A stretch of DNA of 64,000 nucleotides from Gracilinanus agilis (taxonomy: Eukaryota), in assembly GCF_016433145.1 (NCBI RefSeq), contig NC_058130.1:89641911-89705910 (forward strand), written 5' to 3'. Made by a program: the position numbers and the translations under genes. The stretch's first letter is position 1; the number at the start of each line of letters is the position of its first letter. Under the pieces are notes generated by a model, which made no database searches, was not told the DNA's origin, and saw only the letters and a program-made list of their open reading frames with translations. Of the stretch, positions 53,351 through 64,000 are shown in pieces.

Positions 53351-56300
53351 TTGGTTTTTCTTTCCAAATACATGGAGGAAGAAAATACGGCCAGCAGAGA
53401 GATCATGTAGAATGTCTGTTGATCCTGTCCCAAATCCAAAGTGAGCTTGAATTTGGCACCATAGCCTCACTCAAAATATGGCACACCTGGACAAGGGCCC
53501 ACTTATGGAGCCAGTACTTGACCACATTTGTAGACCATCGAAGCATTCGGGGAAATGGTGCTTCTCTGAGGCTCAGATCTCTGCAGCACAAAGTTTCCTC
53601 TTTCAGACTAAAGGCTATACTTTATTGAAGTCCGTTGCTGGGAGTTTGGGTATCAGAGTGGGTGCTGTAGCAGACAGTGTCCATATACCAACAAGTAGAC
53701 TTGGAACAGTTGCCAAAGGGCTGCTTTCTTCAAGACACCTTGAGGGTACCTGAAGTTTGAGTTTCATAGACTCCCTTCTATGTATAACTATATAAAAGGT
53801 ACCTAGCTTTCCCAGCCTTTGTTACTGGGCACAGTTTCTGCATTTTCAAGTTTAGAGGACCCCTGCCTGGTTAATTGTTCAAAGATATAGAGTTCTCAAA
53901 AGAATTGCAGACAAGAATAATGACCGCATGAAAACATGCTCCAAATAGCTTTGTTGTTGTTTAGTTGTTTTTCAGTCATGTCAGCCTTTTCATGATCCCA
54001 TTTTGGGTTTTCTTGGCAAAGATACTGGAATGGTTTGCCAATTCCTCCTGTAGCTCATTTTAAAGATGAAGAAACTGATGCAAATAGGGTTAAGTGACTT
54101 GTCTAGGATCACACAGCTAGTATCTGGGCCCAGATTTAAACTCAGATCTTCCTGACCTCAGACCTGATACTCTCTCACTGTTCCACCGAGCTGCCTATAA
54201 ATCAGAGCAAATAACTTGGAATAAGGGCAATGCAAATCATAACAACACTGTGCAAACTGGCAAAAATGGGAAAAGATGGGAAGGGTCAATGTTGGAGGGA
54301 CCCCATGGCTATAAAGTGACCCAACCATTCTGGGTAAATTGGAATGAATAAAAAGTGACTAAACAGTTCATACTCTGACTGAGAGATCCTACAACTGCTC
54401 ATAGACCCCAAGAAAGTAATAGGTTCAACATGGATGTGTATTTATCCAAATATTCATAGCATCATTCTTTATTCAAGAAACCAGTAATCAGATGCTCATT
54501 AATCATGGAATGGCTGAAAAAACTACAAAGTATGTACTAATAACTATTAAGGGATCCCAAGAAACATAAGATTTTTATGAAGGAATACAGAGAACAAATA
54601 CACACCTACAACAATGTAATGAAAAGATCACTAAAAAGAAGCCCCACTCGGAGTAATTAAAACCATAGATGATCCTGGAGAGTAGATAATAAAACATTTC
54701 CTCTCCCTCCTGACAGAGCCAGAAGACTTAAGAATTCCAAAAGAATAATGTCTACATTTTCACATGTAGTCACTGTAGCAGATGTTTTTTCTTAATTGTT
54801 TTTCTTCATCACAAGGGAAGATTTAGTCTGAAGAGCACATTGAAATAACAGTGTTGATAAGATGAAAGGCAACAGGAAAACATTTTTTTAATAACCAAAG
54901 GCAATCGTAGCTGTGTGACCTGGGCGAGTCACTTAACCCTAACTGCCTGGCCCCCTTGCCACTCTTCTGTCTTTGAATGGATACTAAGGTGGAAGGTAAG
55001 GGATTAAAAAAAATAATAACCAAAGGCCTTAAAAATAAAGTCTCAGGGACTGGATAATAATAGCGTAATAGTGAATCCAAATAATCCTTGGGTCTTGTGC
55101 CCTTCCCCAGTTTGGAATTCCCAGTCATCTTCCTGTCTCAGCATAACCATCAAGAATTCACTCACTTCTTATATAGACTTACTGGAATTTACTAACAGGA
55201 AATAAAGGAAAATGTAACGATATTAACATCCAAAATGGGTTGAATAAGCTGATGCCACCTTTGGGGGAGTCCAATTTTTTCCTCCAGAAGTTCTTCTGTC
55301 TTGTCCCTAAAGGAACAGATGCATATAAAAGCTATTTGCAGAGGGACACTTGACCATTTTTTAGTCCCTCAAGACAAACAAAAAAACAGGTTTACCTTAT
55401 CACCACACATCAGTGACTGGAGTTGGCCAGGTGGCTAGGGTGGAACCTGCCAGCTTCTTTCTCCAAGTCAGGCGGTCGGTGAATATTTCTAAAGCACTTA
55501 TTGGGTTCCTAGAACCACTTCACAGATAAACCTTGAGAGCTCAAGAGTCAGCCAAAAAGCCTTTCTGAAAAGTTGCTCTCACCATCTGTTCTTTTCAGAG
55601 TTCCACCAGCCAGCTTAACACTCGGACCTCTGACAGCTGCCCTTTATGCCTTCTAAGACTCCTTGGCATCCAAAGATCTAGAAAATGCAGGAAGGGGACA
55701 TTGTAGAATAAAGCAGGAGGCTTCTTTAGACCGGGATTAAAACAGACAGAGCTGTACTTGGATGCCAAAGACCAGTGGATCATAGCAGCTGGGGAGGATC
55801 TTGGGAGTCATCTAGGCCGGAAGTGAAGAACCTTGTTTTTTTAAAAAAAAAAACGTTTTTGATAACTGTATTTCAGTACAATTGGTTTCCTATGGAATTA
55901 TATTTTACTTTATGCATTTATTCGTTGTTTTTTTTTTTAACCCTACCTTCAGTCTTAGAATGAATACTGACTACTTGTTCCAAAACGTAAGAGCAATAAA
56001 GGTTAGGCAATGGAGGCAAAGTGACTTGCTCAGTCACACAGCTAGGAAGTATCTGAGATTAGACTTGAACCCAAGACCTCCTATCTCTAGGGCTGGTTCT
56101 CAATCCAGAGTCACCTAACTGCCATTTACGCATTTAAAAAAGTTATTCTAAGAGAGGATCCATAAGCTTCACCAGCCTTCCCAAGGCATCTATAAACACA
56201 AAAGGGGTTTCAGACCCCTGGTAAAGTCCAACCCTCTCACTCCATGAATAATCTGCTTAGAGAGATAAAGGCAGTAAGGGGTGCCTTGAGGATTCCCAGA

Positions 56301-57061
56301 TTCTTTGGAGCCCTTCATGCAGCCTGCCTCCTGCTTCATCTTAACTCAGTTTCTTACTGCTGTGAGCTCTGGTCTGTCACTTCTTTACACTGGCTGCTGC
56401 TTCTTCAATAAAATGCAGTTAAACCTATTAATCGCAGGAGAGTAGGCCTTGTGGAAGTCCTAAAGTACTATGTAAATAAGCTATTTACATTGTACTTTGG
56501 TACTTAGAGAAAAAGGAAAGAACAAAGTGGCTCCTAGCTGCTCCTCTATAGTCTTGTATATTTAAGGAACTGAATGTAATGGGGGAGAAAGAGAAGCACC
56601 TGGAATCTTCTGGAAAAGAAAAGAGAGGTTCAAGATGCTTCTGGAACTAAAATCCCCAGGATTCAGCTACTAGTTGGTGGTGGAAGGAAAGGGAGAGATG
56701 GGACTTCAGGAGGTTCTGGTGACTGAGAAGATGTTAGTGTCACAAACAGAAACCATCCCGAAGTTAATAGAATAGTTTTAGAGCTAAAAAACACCTAAAA
56801 GATAACGTAATCCAAACTCCTCCATTTACAACTGAGGAAATCAAAGTCCACTGAAGGAAAATGACTTCTTGGCCCTGGTCCCCAATGATAGCAAGTAGGA
56901 CAAGATTTTATGGGGAAGGTGATGAGTTCATTTCTAGACATGTTGGATTTGAAATGCCAGCAGGACACTGGAATGAAATTTGAATTATTAAAGTGGACCT
57001 GCAAATGCAAGGCTAGAATTGAGAAGGGATGATCTGATTGGGAATACAGCACAGGTACTTT

Positions 57062-57643
57062 TTTTTTTTTTTTTTTACCAGAACAAAACATCACTTAAGT
57101 TTATTTCAGAAGTAACAGCAATGTCATGTTAAAATTGACAGGTTTAATCCTTAACTGCACCAAGTAAACTCAGCCACTTAAGTATTTTTAAAAAGTTATT
57201 CCCTCCCCCCAAATGAGGGAGCTTTTCTTTCCCACTGCCGCGCAGCACAGTTTCTTGGCATTTCTGTGTATGGACAACATATTCTTCAATGTTTCAAATG
57301 GTGATGAAGCTGCTGGGAAATTTTTGAGAACAACTTTCCCCACAGATAACGTCTATCTGGACAAATACTATTATTTGCATAGATTTTCTTTGCATGCACT
57401 TTCTCCCAGGAAACTTTGCTGATTATGATCTCATCTAAATTTTCAACTGGAAAGCACTAATAGATGTTTTCTCTTGTGGTTTTCCAAAATTAATTTAATT
57501 GAATCCTTAAAAAGGATTCCTTCTTTCCTAAAATAACGAATAGTAAGGAAGTTTTGAAGTCATGAAGTCATGAAATTTTAGTACGTACCCAAATAACTTC
57601 CATACTGGACACTGTATTTCACTTTCCTGTTAACTTCACTAAC
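57062..57643 (-). pseudogene. 5'-truncated retrocopy of an unidentified mRNA 3'-UTR
   Basis: Poly(T) up to 57076; TTTATT (AATAAA on minus) at 57100-57105; perfect 16-bp TSD acagcacaggtacttt (57046-57061 and 57644-57659). Confidence 0.85.
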
Positions 57644-58989
57644 ACAGCACAGGTACTTTAAAGCTGTCTTCTACCTGGTGATTCATAGGAAAATGGTCTG
57701 GAGTCAAAAGCTGGATTCAAATCCTGTCTCTGACACTACTCTTGGGACCTTGGGCAAGTCATCTAACTTTCCTGGGTTTCAGTTTACTCCTAAGTAGAAT
57801 GGAAGAAGGGGATGGACTAAATGATCTTGGGTTCTTTCCAGTACTAGATCTTTGTAGGAGCTGGGCATTTCCAGACCAGACCAAGTTCCTAAGTGTGAGT
57901 GGGAGTCCCAAGAGAAGATACATTCATTCTCTTAACAAATGTTAAGTACCTGTGTACAGAGCCCAGTGTTGTAGACACAGGAGGAGAAAGGAGAAGACTT
58001 TGATCACTACCCTTAAGCGGCAGCTAGATACCCACATGTATAAAGCAGCTGGCCTGAAGTCCGGAAGACTCAAAAAGACCTGAATTCAAATATGGCCTCA
58101 GACACTAGCTGTGTGACCCTAGGCAAGTCACTTAATTCCATTTGCCTTAGTTTCTCCTCAGTAAAATAAGCTGGAGAAGGAAATGGTCAAACCATTCCAG
58201 TATCTCTGCCAAGAAAACTCTAAATGGGGTCAGGAGTAGTTGGAAGTGACTGAACATGGACAGCAACCCTGCCTCTGAGCCTCTAGTAGGGAAAAGGGAA
58301 GTCCAGGAATCAATCAGAGATCATTTACTAAACACCTACAGTGTGATAGGCACTGATTACAAAGAGAAAAATGAAAACCTGCCCTCCAGGAGCTTTACAT
58401 CTTACTAGGGCAGCCACCAGGACCAATAAGTTTTAGACAGGGAAGTGGACCTGGGACTGCAACAAAACCAGGTGGCACTTTCTCCATAATTTGTATTCTT
58501 AGAGGCTTGCCTGGAGGCACTGAGACATTGTTTAGGCCAGCTGGGGTGTGTCAGAGGCTGGACTTGAAGCCCATCTTCCTGCATAGAGCCAGCTTTCTCA
58601 CCACAAAGCCTCACACGGTCTCTCCTACGGGATATGTACCCAAAATTGGTGTTATATTAGGAGAGAGGGATCAGGAAAGGCTTCGTGTTAAAGGTGGTTC
58701 TTGAGCTGAGCTTTGAAGGTCTAGGAACTAAGCAGGGGGGAGGGGAAAGGAGAGGAAAATAGCATCTTTGCTAGGAAGCAGTGAGGTGAGGCAGAGTCAC
58801 CGTGGAGGAGGGGAAAGAGCCCCCCCACTCTGAAAGAAAAGAAGCTTGGGCTCCAGATACGCAGTGTCTTACTTTCTGACTGAGCGAACCTTTCTGGGCC
58901 TCAACTCCCTCATCTATCAAATGGTGATAAAACTCTTGGAAAATTTTAAAGTACTGTAGAAATGGCAGCTATTGTTTCTCGGTTTGAGG

Positions 58990-60400
58990 TTATCCTCGCT
59001 CTAACACTTGCCTGGCTATGTGGCCCTGGGTAAGTCGAGCCCCTCTCCTCGGTCCGAGTTTCCCCTACCCTCCGATGTTGGAAGAAGGAATCATCCAATT
59101 ATATCTGGCTATGATTTTGAGAGCCCATTCCCGGAGGGGCCCCGGGCAAGAAGCCAGCATTCTGGAGCGCTCCGGGGTGACTTCAGGCAAATTGCGTCCC
59201 GGTCCCTATCCGAGGGCCTCCTCCTCGGAGCATCTCCCGCCGCAGGCACTACGAGGCATGCTCCGCCCCTTGCGCCGAGTCCAGCTGCTTGGGCGATGAA
59301 GTCAGCGGGGGTGGGGGACCGGCCGGAGGCCACCGGAAAAGGGAGGGAGGAGGCGGGGCGCGCCTGAGGAGGGGACAGGGCGGGGCCCAGACGTGTCCCC
59401 CAATCGAGGAGGCGCTGACAGCCGGACTCGCTGACGTATCCATCCTAACGGCCGCTTGGACTCGCTTTCGCTGGAGCACACGCACACCAGCCCCTGGGTA
59501 GCCGGTTCGACTCACCCCTCTCTGGCCCAGGACCTCCAGCCTCGAGGTTCTCCCGTCCCTCTTCTCCAGGACGGTCCCAGCGCCCACTCCCACTCCTTTT
59601 CTCAGAGCCGTGCCCCCAGACCTGTGGCGTCCGCTCCCTCAGACTTGAGGGTGAGAGGAAGACGCGGGATGAGCGACACTGACGCCGGAACCCCGGCCTT
59701 CGAGATGACCTGGAGCAGCACCACCAGCAGCGGCTACTGCAGCCAGGAGGACTCGGACTCGGAGCTCGAGCAGTACTTCACTGCGCGCACCTCGCTGGTC
59801 CGCAAGCCCCGCCGGGACCAGGTGAAGATGGTAGCCCGGCCGGGAGGGGGTGCGGTGGAAACCGGCAGCTGAAGGGTTAAGGCCTGTGTAGCCCAAGGGA
59901 AATTCTTGCTGCTGCGCCTCTTCCCCCTCCCCCTATCCTGCCCCCTTCCCAATTCCCGGATACTCCGCCCTCTGGAAGGGGAGGCGGCCCCTGTCACCCT
60001 CACTTAGGCCCTGGCCCGGGAGAGAAACCGACCGGCTCTCTGGGGGCCCTTCGGGGGTGGGATGGAGTGGGGTGGGCGGCCCAATGGATAGAGAAGTGCC
60101 ACGCAGGCCGGCAGCAGCTGCCTCATTATTACTGACGCCTAGGAAATCCCCCCACGCCCTCCTATTTCCCTATCCTGCTGGGCGCTGCAGCCGATCTGGC
60201 TTCGTTGAGTTCCCCTACTCCCCCCGCAAAAGGCCAGTGGTGGACTCCTTTCTCATTCACTCAGCTTTTCCCGCTCGGGCTGCCCACGTTTCCCCTACTC
60301 TGCCCGGCCCCTGGGCTGTGGAAAACTTAAAAGACCGTAGGCAGGCAAGGCGGGATTGGGGAGGAAAGGTCTGGCCGAAAGCTGCGTTTACAGTGCTTTT
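58990..60400 (+). promoter_or_regulatory. RASSF1C CpG island / internal promoter
   Basis: CpG-dense block with GC boxes at 59341-59390 surrounding exon 2gamma. Confidence 0.85.
59669..59821 (+). CDS. RASSF1: RASSF1 exon 2gamma (RASSF1C first coding exon)
   Basis: MSDTDAGTPAFEMTWSSTTSSGYCSQEDSDSELEQYFTARTSLVRKPRRDQ|gtgaag, with the conserved SSGYCS degron-type motif. Confidence 0.96.
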
Positions 60401-62570
60401 GTCTCGGTGTTACTTTCTATAAATTGTTTTCCCTGCTAGAAATTTCTCTTCCGGACAGGTAGGTTCTTTGTGGTTGGCTCAGAGCTTCCAGGGGGAGGAG
60501 AACACTGAGGATGCACTTTTTAAACGTTGCCGGTCCTTTCTAACGTCTCTGCCTTCAGGGATAAACAACTGCTGCCTAATTTCTGCGGATATTTCCCCCG
60601 GGTAGCTTCCCCCGGATCTGGGACTAACTTATTCCAACTGCTGAGAAGTTCTGGCCCACAATTTCCATATTTGTCTGGAGTCTCCTCACCTGCTTGTTTG
60701 TTTTGTTTAAAGAACCCGTTCACCCTGCTAGTATCTGGTACCAACACCCAGCTTCCATTGGGGTTTATAGTCCGGTCCTTAGCTGTGTTAAGCATCGATC
60801 GAAAGATAATCATCTGGTGGGGGATTTGATGAGTGACTCCGGTTAGCTGCTGGAAATGTGGCACCAGCTGCCTGGGGAAGTGGGAGGACCTGCTGGGGAG
60901 AGGAGGTGGCGGCTCGGGCCTGCTGGAGGATAACAAGGTCGTGCATTGTTCTCAAGGTGAAAAGCTGAGCCCAGAGTTTTGTTCTGGGAGGTAGCTTGGG
61001 TAATGTTTGGGAGCAGCTGCCCTTGGGCAGTTTCTCTCAGCCCTCCCGGCTTGGATACCTGAGAGTAGGTGTGAAAGGCAGCATCATGAATTAGGAATGG
61101 AACGTGCGGTTTGGCATCAGGGGACTTGGGTTCAAACCTTAACTTTACTCCTTACTCTCTGGACCTTAATTTCCTCATCTGTAAAATTGGAGGGTTGAAC
61201 TCAGTGACATGGGTACAGCTCGAAGTCTCTGAGCCCCTGATGGGAAGGGAGGCCTCCATTAGAGGGACGGATCTGGAATCAGGAAGACCCACCCCCAGGG
61301 ATAGACAAGGGGTATTCATGTTCCCCTGTGTTTAAGGCCGACAGTTGAAGGTTTGAATTGAAATTTTTGTCTTTTTCAAGAAAAAGAGAAGGCTAGGGTT
61401 GGGGGCAAGGATCCATAAGGGAAATGGGTGGAGAAAGAGGAAGAAATTGAATCCGAATGGAGGACATGCTGACGGGGAGGGTCCTAGCCAGAGATCCTGA
61501 CAGTGCATGGCAGGTCTAGGCAAGAACTAATAGGAAAGCAGCCCTACAAGCTTGGGAAGGGCCTGAGTGTTTACCACCTCTAGAACACAAGAACTCTAGA
61601 ACTCCCCACCCACTCCTCCAAGCTTGAGGGGAATTGTTTGAAGACCAATCAACGGAAGTCTCACTTCACATACAAGGAAGTAGTAAAACATAAATTGGTT
61701 CTAATTGGTTAGAGATAATCCCTGTGTGCTCTCTGCTTACTAGTCATTAAAGAAGCTAGGACCTGGCCCTTATAAATGGTTGTCATAGATAGGATTTATT
61801 TCCGGACCAAGTCGAGGTTCTGCTCCCGCATAGTGTTTCTTTCTAACATCTTGTGAAGAGCCCTTTCCTCAGCATCTGCGAACACAACGATTCATAACCC
61901 CACTTGGCGGTCAGGAAAACCAGGCAAGGGTAGCAGGGAAAATGTGCCTCCCCACAGTGGATCCCATAGAAGGAAGAAAAGATGCTACTGCCTACCTAGT
62001 GAATTGTGGACTTTTGTAAATTGAGTCCCTTTCCCAAAACTAATCTAGGCATCTCCTGGCAGATTCTCTTTCCCTAATCACATCTGGATGGATCTGCATC
62101 CTGAACTTCACTGTCTTAAGATAATCTTGGAAGGAATTTATGAGTCAGAAGTGAGGAGTTCAGAGGTGAAATTCAAGTGTTGGAGCAGTAGAAAGAGATT
62201 ATTTAGTGGAATCCCAGGAGATAGAGCATTGGGCCTGGAGTTGGGAAGTTCAAATCTGGCCTCAGATACTTATCAGAAGTATGACCCTAGGCATGTCACT
62301 TAACCTTAGTTTGCCTCCACTTCCTAAACTGTAAAATGGGGATGATAATAGCACCTATCTCACAAGGTAATTTTGAGGTTCAAAATGAGATAGCACTGGT
62401 AGTACCTGAAATGCACCTGGTAAGTCCCCCACTTTGTGTTCATCCAAAGATCCTAAAGTGTCTTATTGAGGTAGTGTTGCCCAGCTTCCTTTTCAGATAG
62501 CTAAGCTTAAAGTGACCCTGGACTATACATGTTCCCTGGAAGTACGTTAGTCCATTAAAAAAAAGTGACT

Positions 62571-62769
62571 GGGGGCAGCTGGATGGCTCAGTGGATTGAA
62601 AGCCAGGACTAGAGATGGGAGGTCCTGGGTTCAAATGTGGCCTCAGATACTTCCTATGTGACCCAGGGCAAGTCACTTATCCCCATTGCCTAGCCCTTAC
62701 CATTCTCATGCCTTGAAACTCATTCACAGTATTGGTTCTAATATGGAAAGTAAGGGTTTTTTAAAAAAG
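62571..62769 (+). mobile_element. SINE1_Mdo-like copy (older, plus strand)
   Basis: gggggcagctggatggctcagtgg...ggaaagtaagggtttt-A-rich tail. Confidence 0.9.
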
Positions 62770-62781
62770 AAGAAGAAATTT

Positions 62782-62986
62782 ATTTGTTTTTTAAGCACTT
62801 ACCTTCCGTCTTGGAGTCAATACTGTGTATTGGCTCCAAGGCAGAAGAGTGGTAAGGGTAGGCAATGGGGGTCAAGTGATTTGCCCAGGGTCACACAGCT
62901 AGGAAGTGGCTAAGGCCAGATTTGAACCTAGGACCTCCCATCTCTAGGCCTGACTCTCAATCCACTGAGCTACCCAGCTGCCCCCC
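62782..62986 (-). mobile_element. SINE1_Mdo-like copy (younger, minus strand) inserted in the tail of the previous one
   Basis: Near-consensus antisense copy; TSD aagaagaaattt (62770-62781 and 62989-63000). Confidence 0.9.
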
Positions 62987-64000
62987 AAAAGAAGAAATTT
63001 TTAAAGTGACTAAGAAACAAAAATAAAAATAAAAAGTGACTACACCATGACCCTTTTTCATTGTGAAGTGGCAAGTGGGGTCACAAAGTCAAACCTGGAA
63101 GACAATGAAGTATTTATAGAGGATGCTTGCTGTAGCTATGAAATATTCCAGACCAAAGCATAGAGTTCTAGAATTGGTTCTAGTGAAGTATGAGCAGGGG
63201 TTTCTCCTAAGACCTTCCTCTCCTAAGGATAATTTTGTTTAGTTAGGGGTTTGGGAAAGAGGTTCTTGAAAATCTTCACTTTTCACCTGGAGACAGGAGG
63301 TCCTGGGTTCAAATCCTTCCTCAGATATATCTCACCTGTGTGACCCTGGGCAAGTCACTTAACTCCATTGCCTTACCACTCTTTTGCCTTAGAACCCATA
63401 CTTGGTATCGATTCTAAATCAGAAGATAAGGGTTAAAAATAATTTTTTTTTATTTTAAAAAGGAAAAAGAAAATCTTCACCTTTCCAGGCAAGTTCAGAA
63501 TTCTCTCTAAAGCAAAAGCAATGTTTCCTATTCCCAGAAGTTAGCTAAGGAGGGTGGAGATGGCTGGAAGGGGATTGCTGGGAGGTTTTTAATGATTGTC
63601 TGAAGAAAGATAAATTAGTACTATCCTAGTGTGGCCTGGCTGATCTTTCTGTCTAAGGGAACACTGGAGAAAGTTTCCTTTGTTCTATAAACAGGATGCT
63701 GCTGTCTGTTGCCCTGTGGTCCTGTACTCCAAGGGAGTTTGGCATTCTTCTATTGTATCCTGCCCATCCTGCTTCCTGTTCCCACTTCCTTTGGTTCCAC
63801 TAATTTCCAATGGAGATCTTGGATCATGTGTCTCCCTTGGGCATGAGAACTGCCCTGCCCAGGCTGATTTACTTTGAAGACTCCAAGCCCATGTTTCTTC
63901 AGACCTTAGCACAATGCCTTGCACATAATAAATAGTAGTTAAGCTGAATTGTATTCTCAACCTCAGAGGAACAATTTCCCAATGCCTGGGGTATGTGACA

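Noticed and set aside
60520-60936. 138-aa (-) and 100-aa (+) ORFs downstream of exon 2gamma
   Set aside because: No homology to RASSF1 exon 3 or any protein I recognise.
61578-61602. Direct repeat ctctagaac...ctctagaac as a hAT excision footprint
   Set aside because: A 9-bp duplication around 7 bp is too short to distinguish from slippage.

Overview
Mammalian genomic DNA from a marsupial, most likely a didelphid opossum (many SINE1_Mdo-like CORE-SINEs). It is syntenic with the human 3p21.3 tumour-suppressor cluster. Gene order: probable 3' end of the upstream gene (CACNA2D2 by synteny) > TMEM115 (+, 2 coding exons) > CYB561D2 (-, 3 coding exons, 222 aa) > shared bidirectional promoter > NPRL2 (+, 11 exons, 380 aa) > ZMYND10/BLU (+, 12 exons, 447 aa) > 5' part of RASSF1 (+; exon 1alpha, exon 2alpha-beta and the RASSF1C first exon 2gamma; exons 3-6 not seen in the window). 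All exons were traced by hand with GT-AG boundaries and consistent phase. The RASSF1 introns are swollen with SINEs, L1/L2/RTE fragments, a solo LTR, a dead NAA10 (ARD1) retrocopy, a young retroposed mRNA 3'-UTR fragment with a perfect 16-bp TSD, and a compound minisatellite running into a 727-N gap. I see no convincing new multi-gene system. The best leads are regulatory and retro-element observations. Comparisons with human proteins and repeat consensuses are from memory, not from searches, and repeat boundaries are approximate unless TSDs are quoted.
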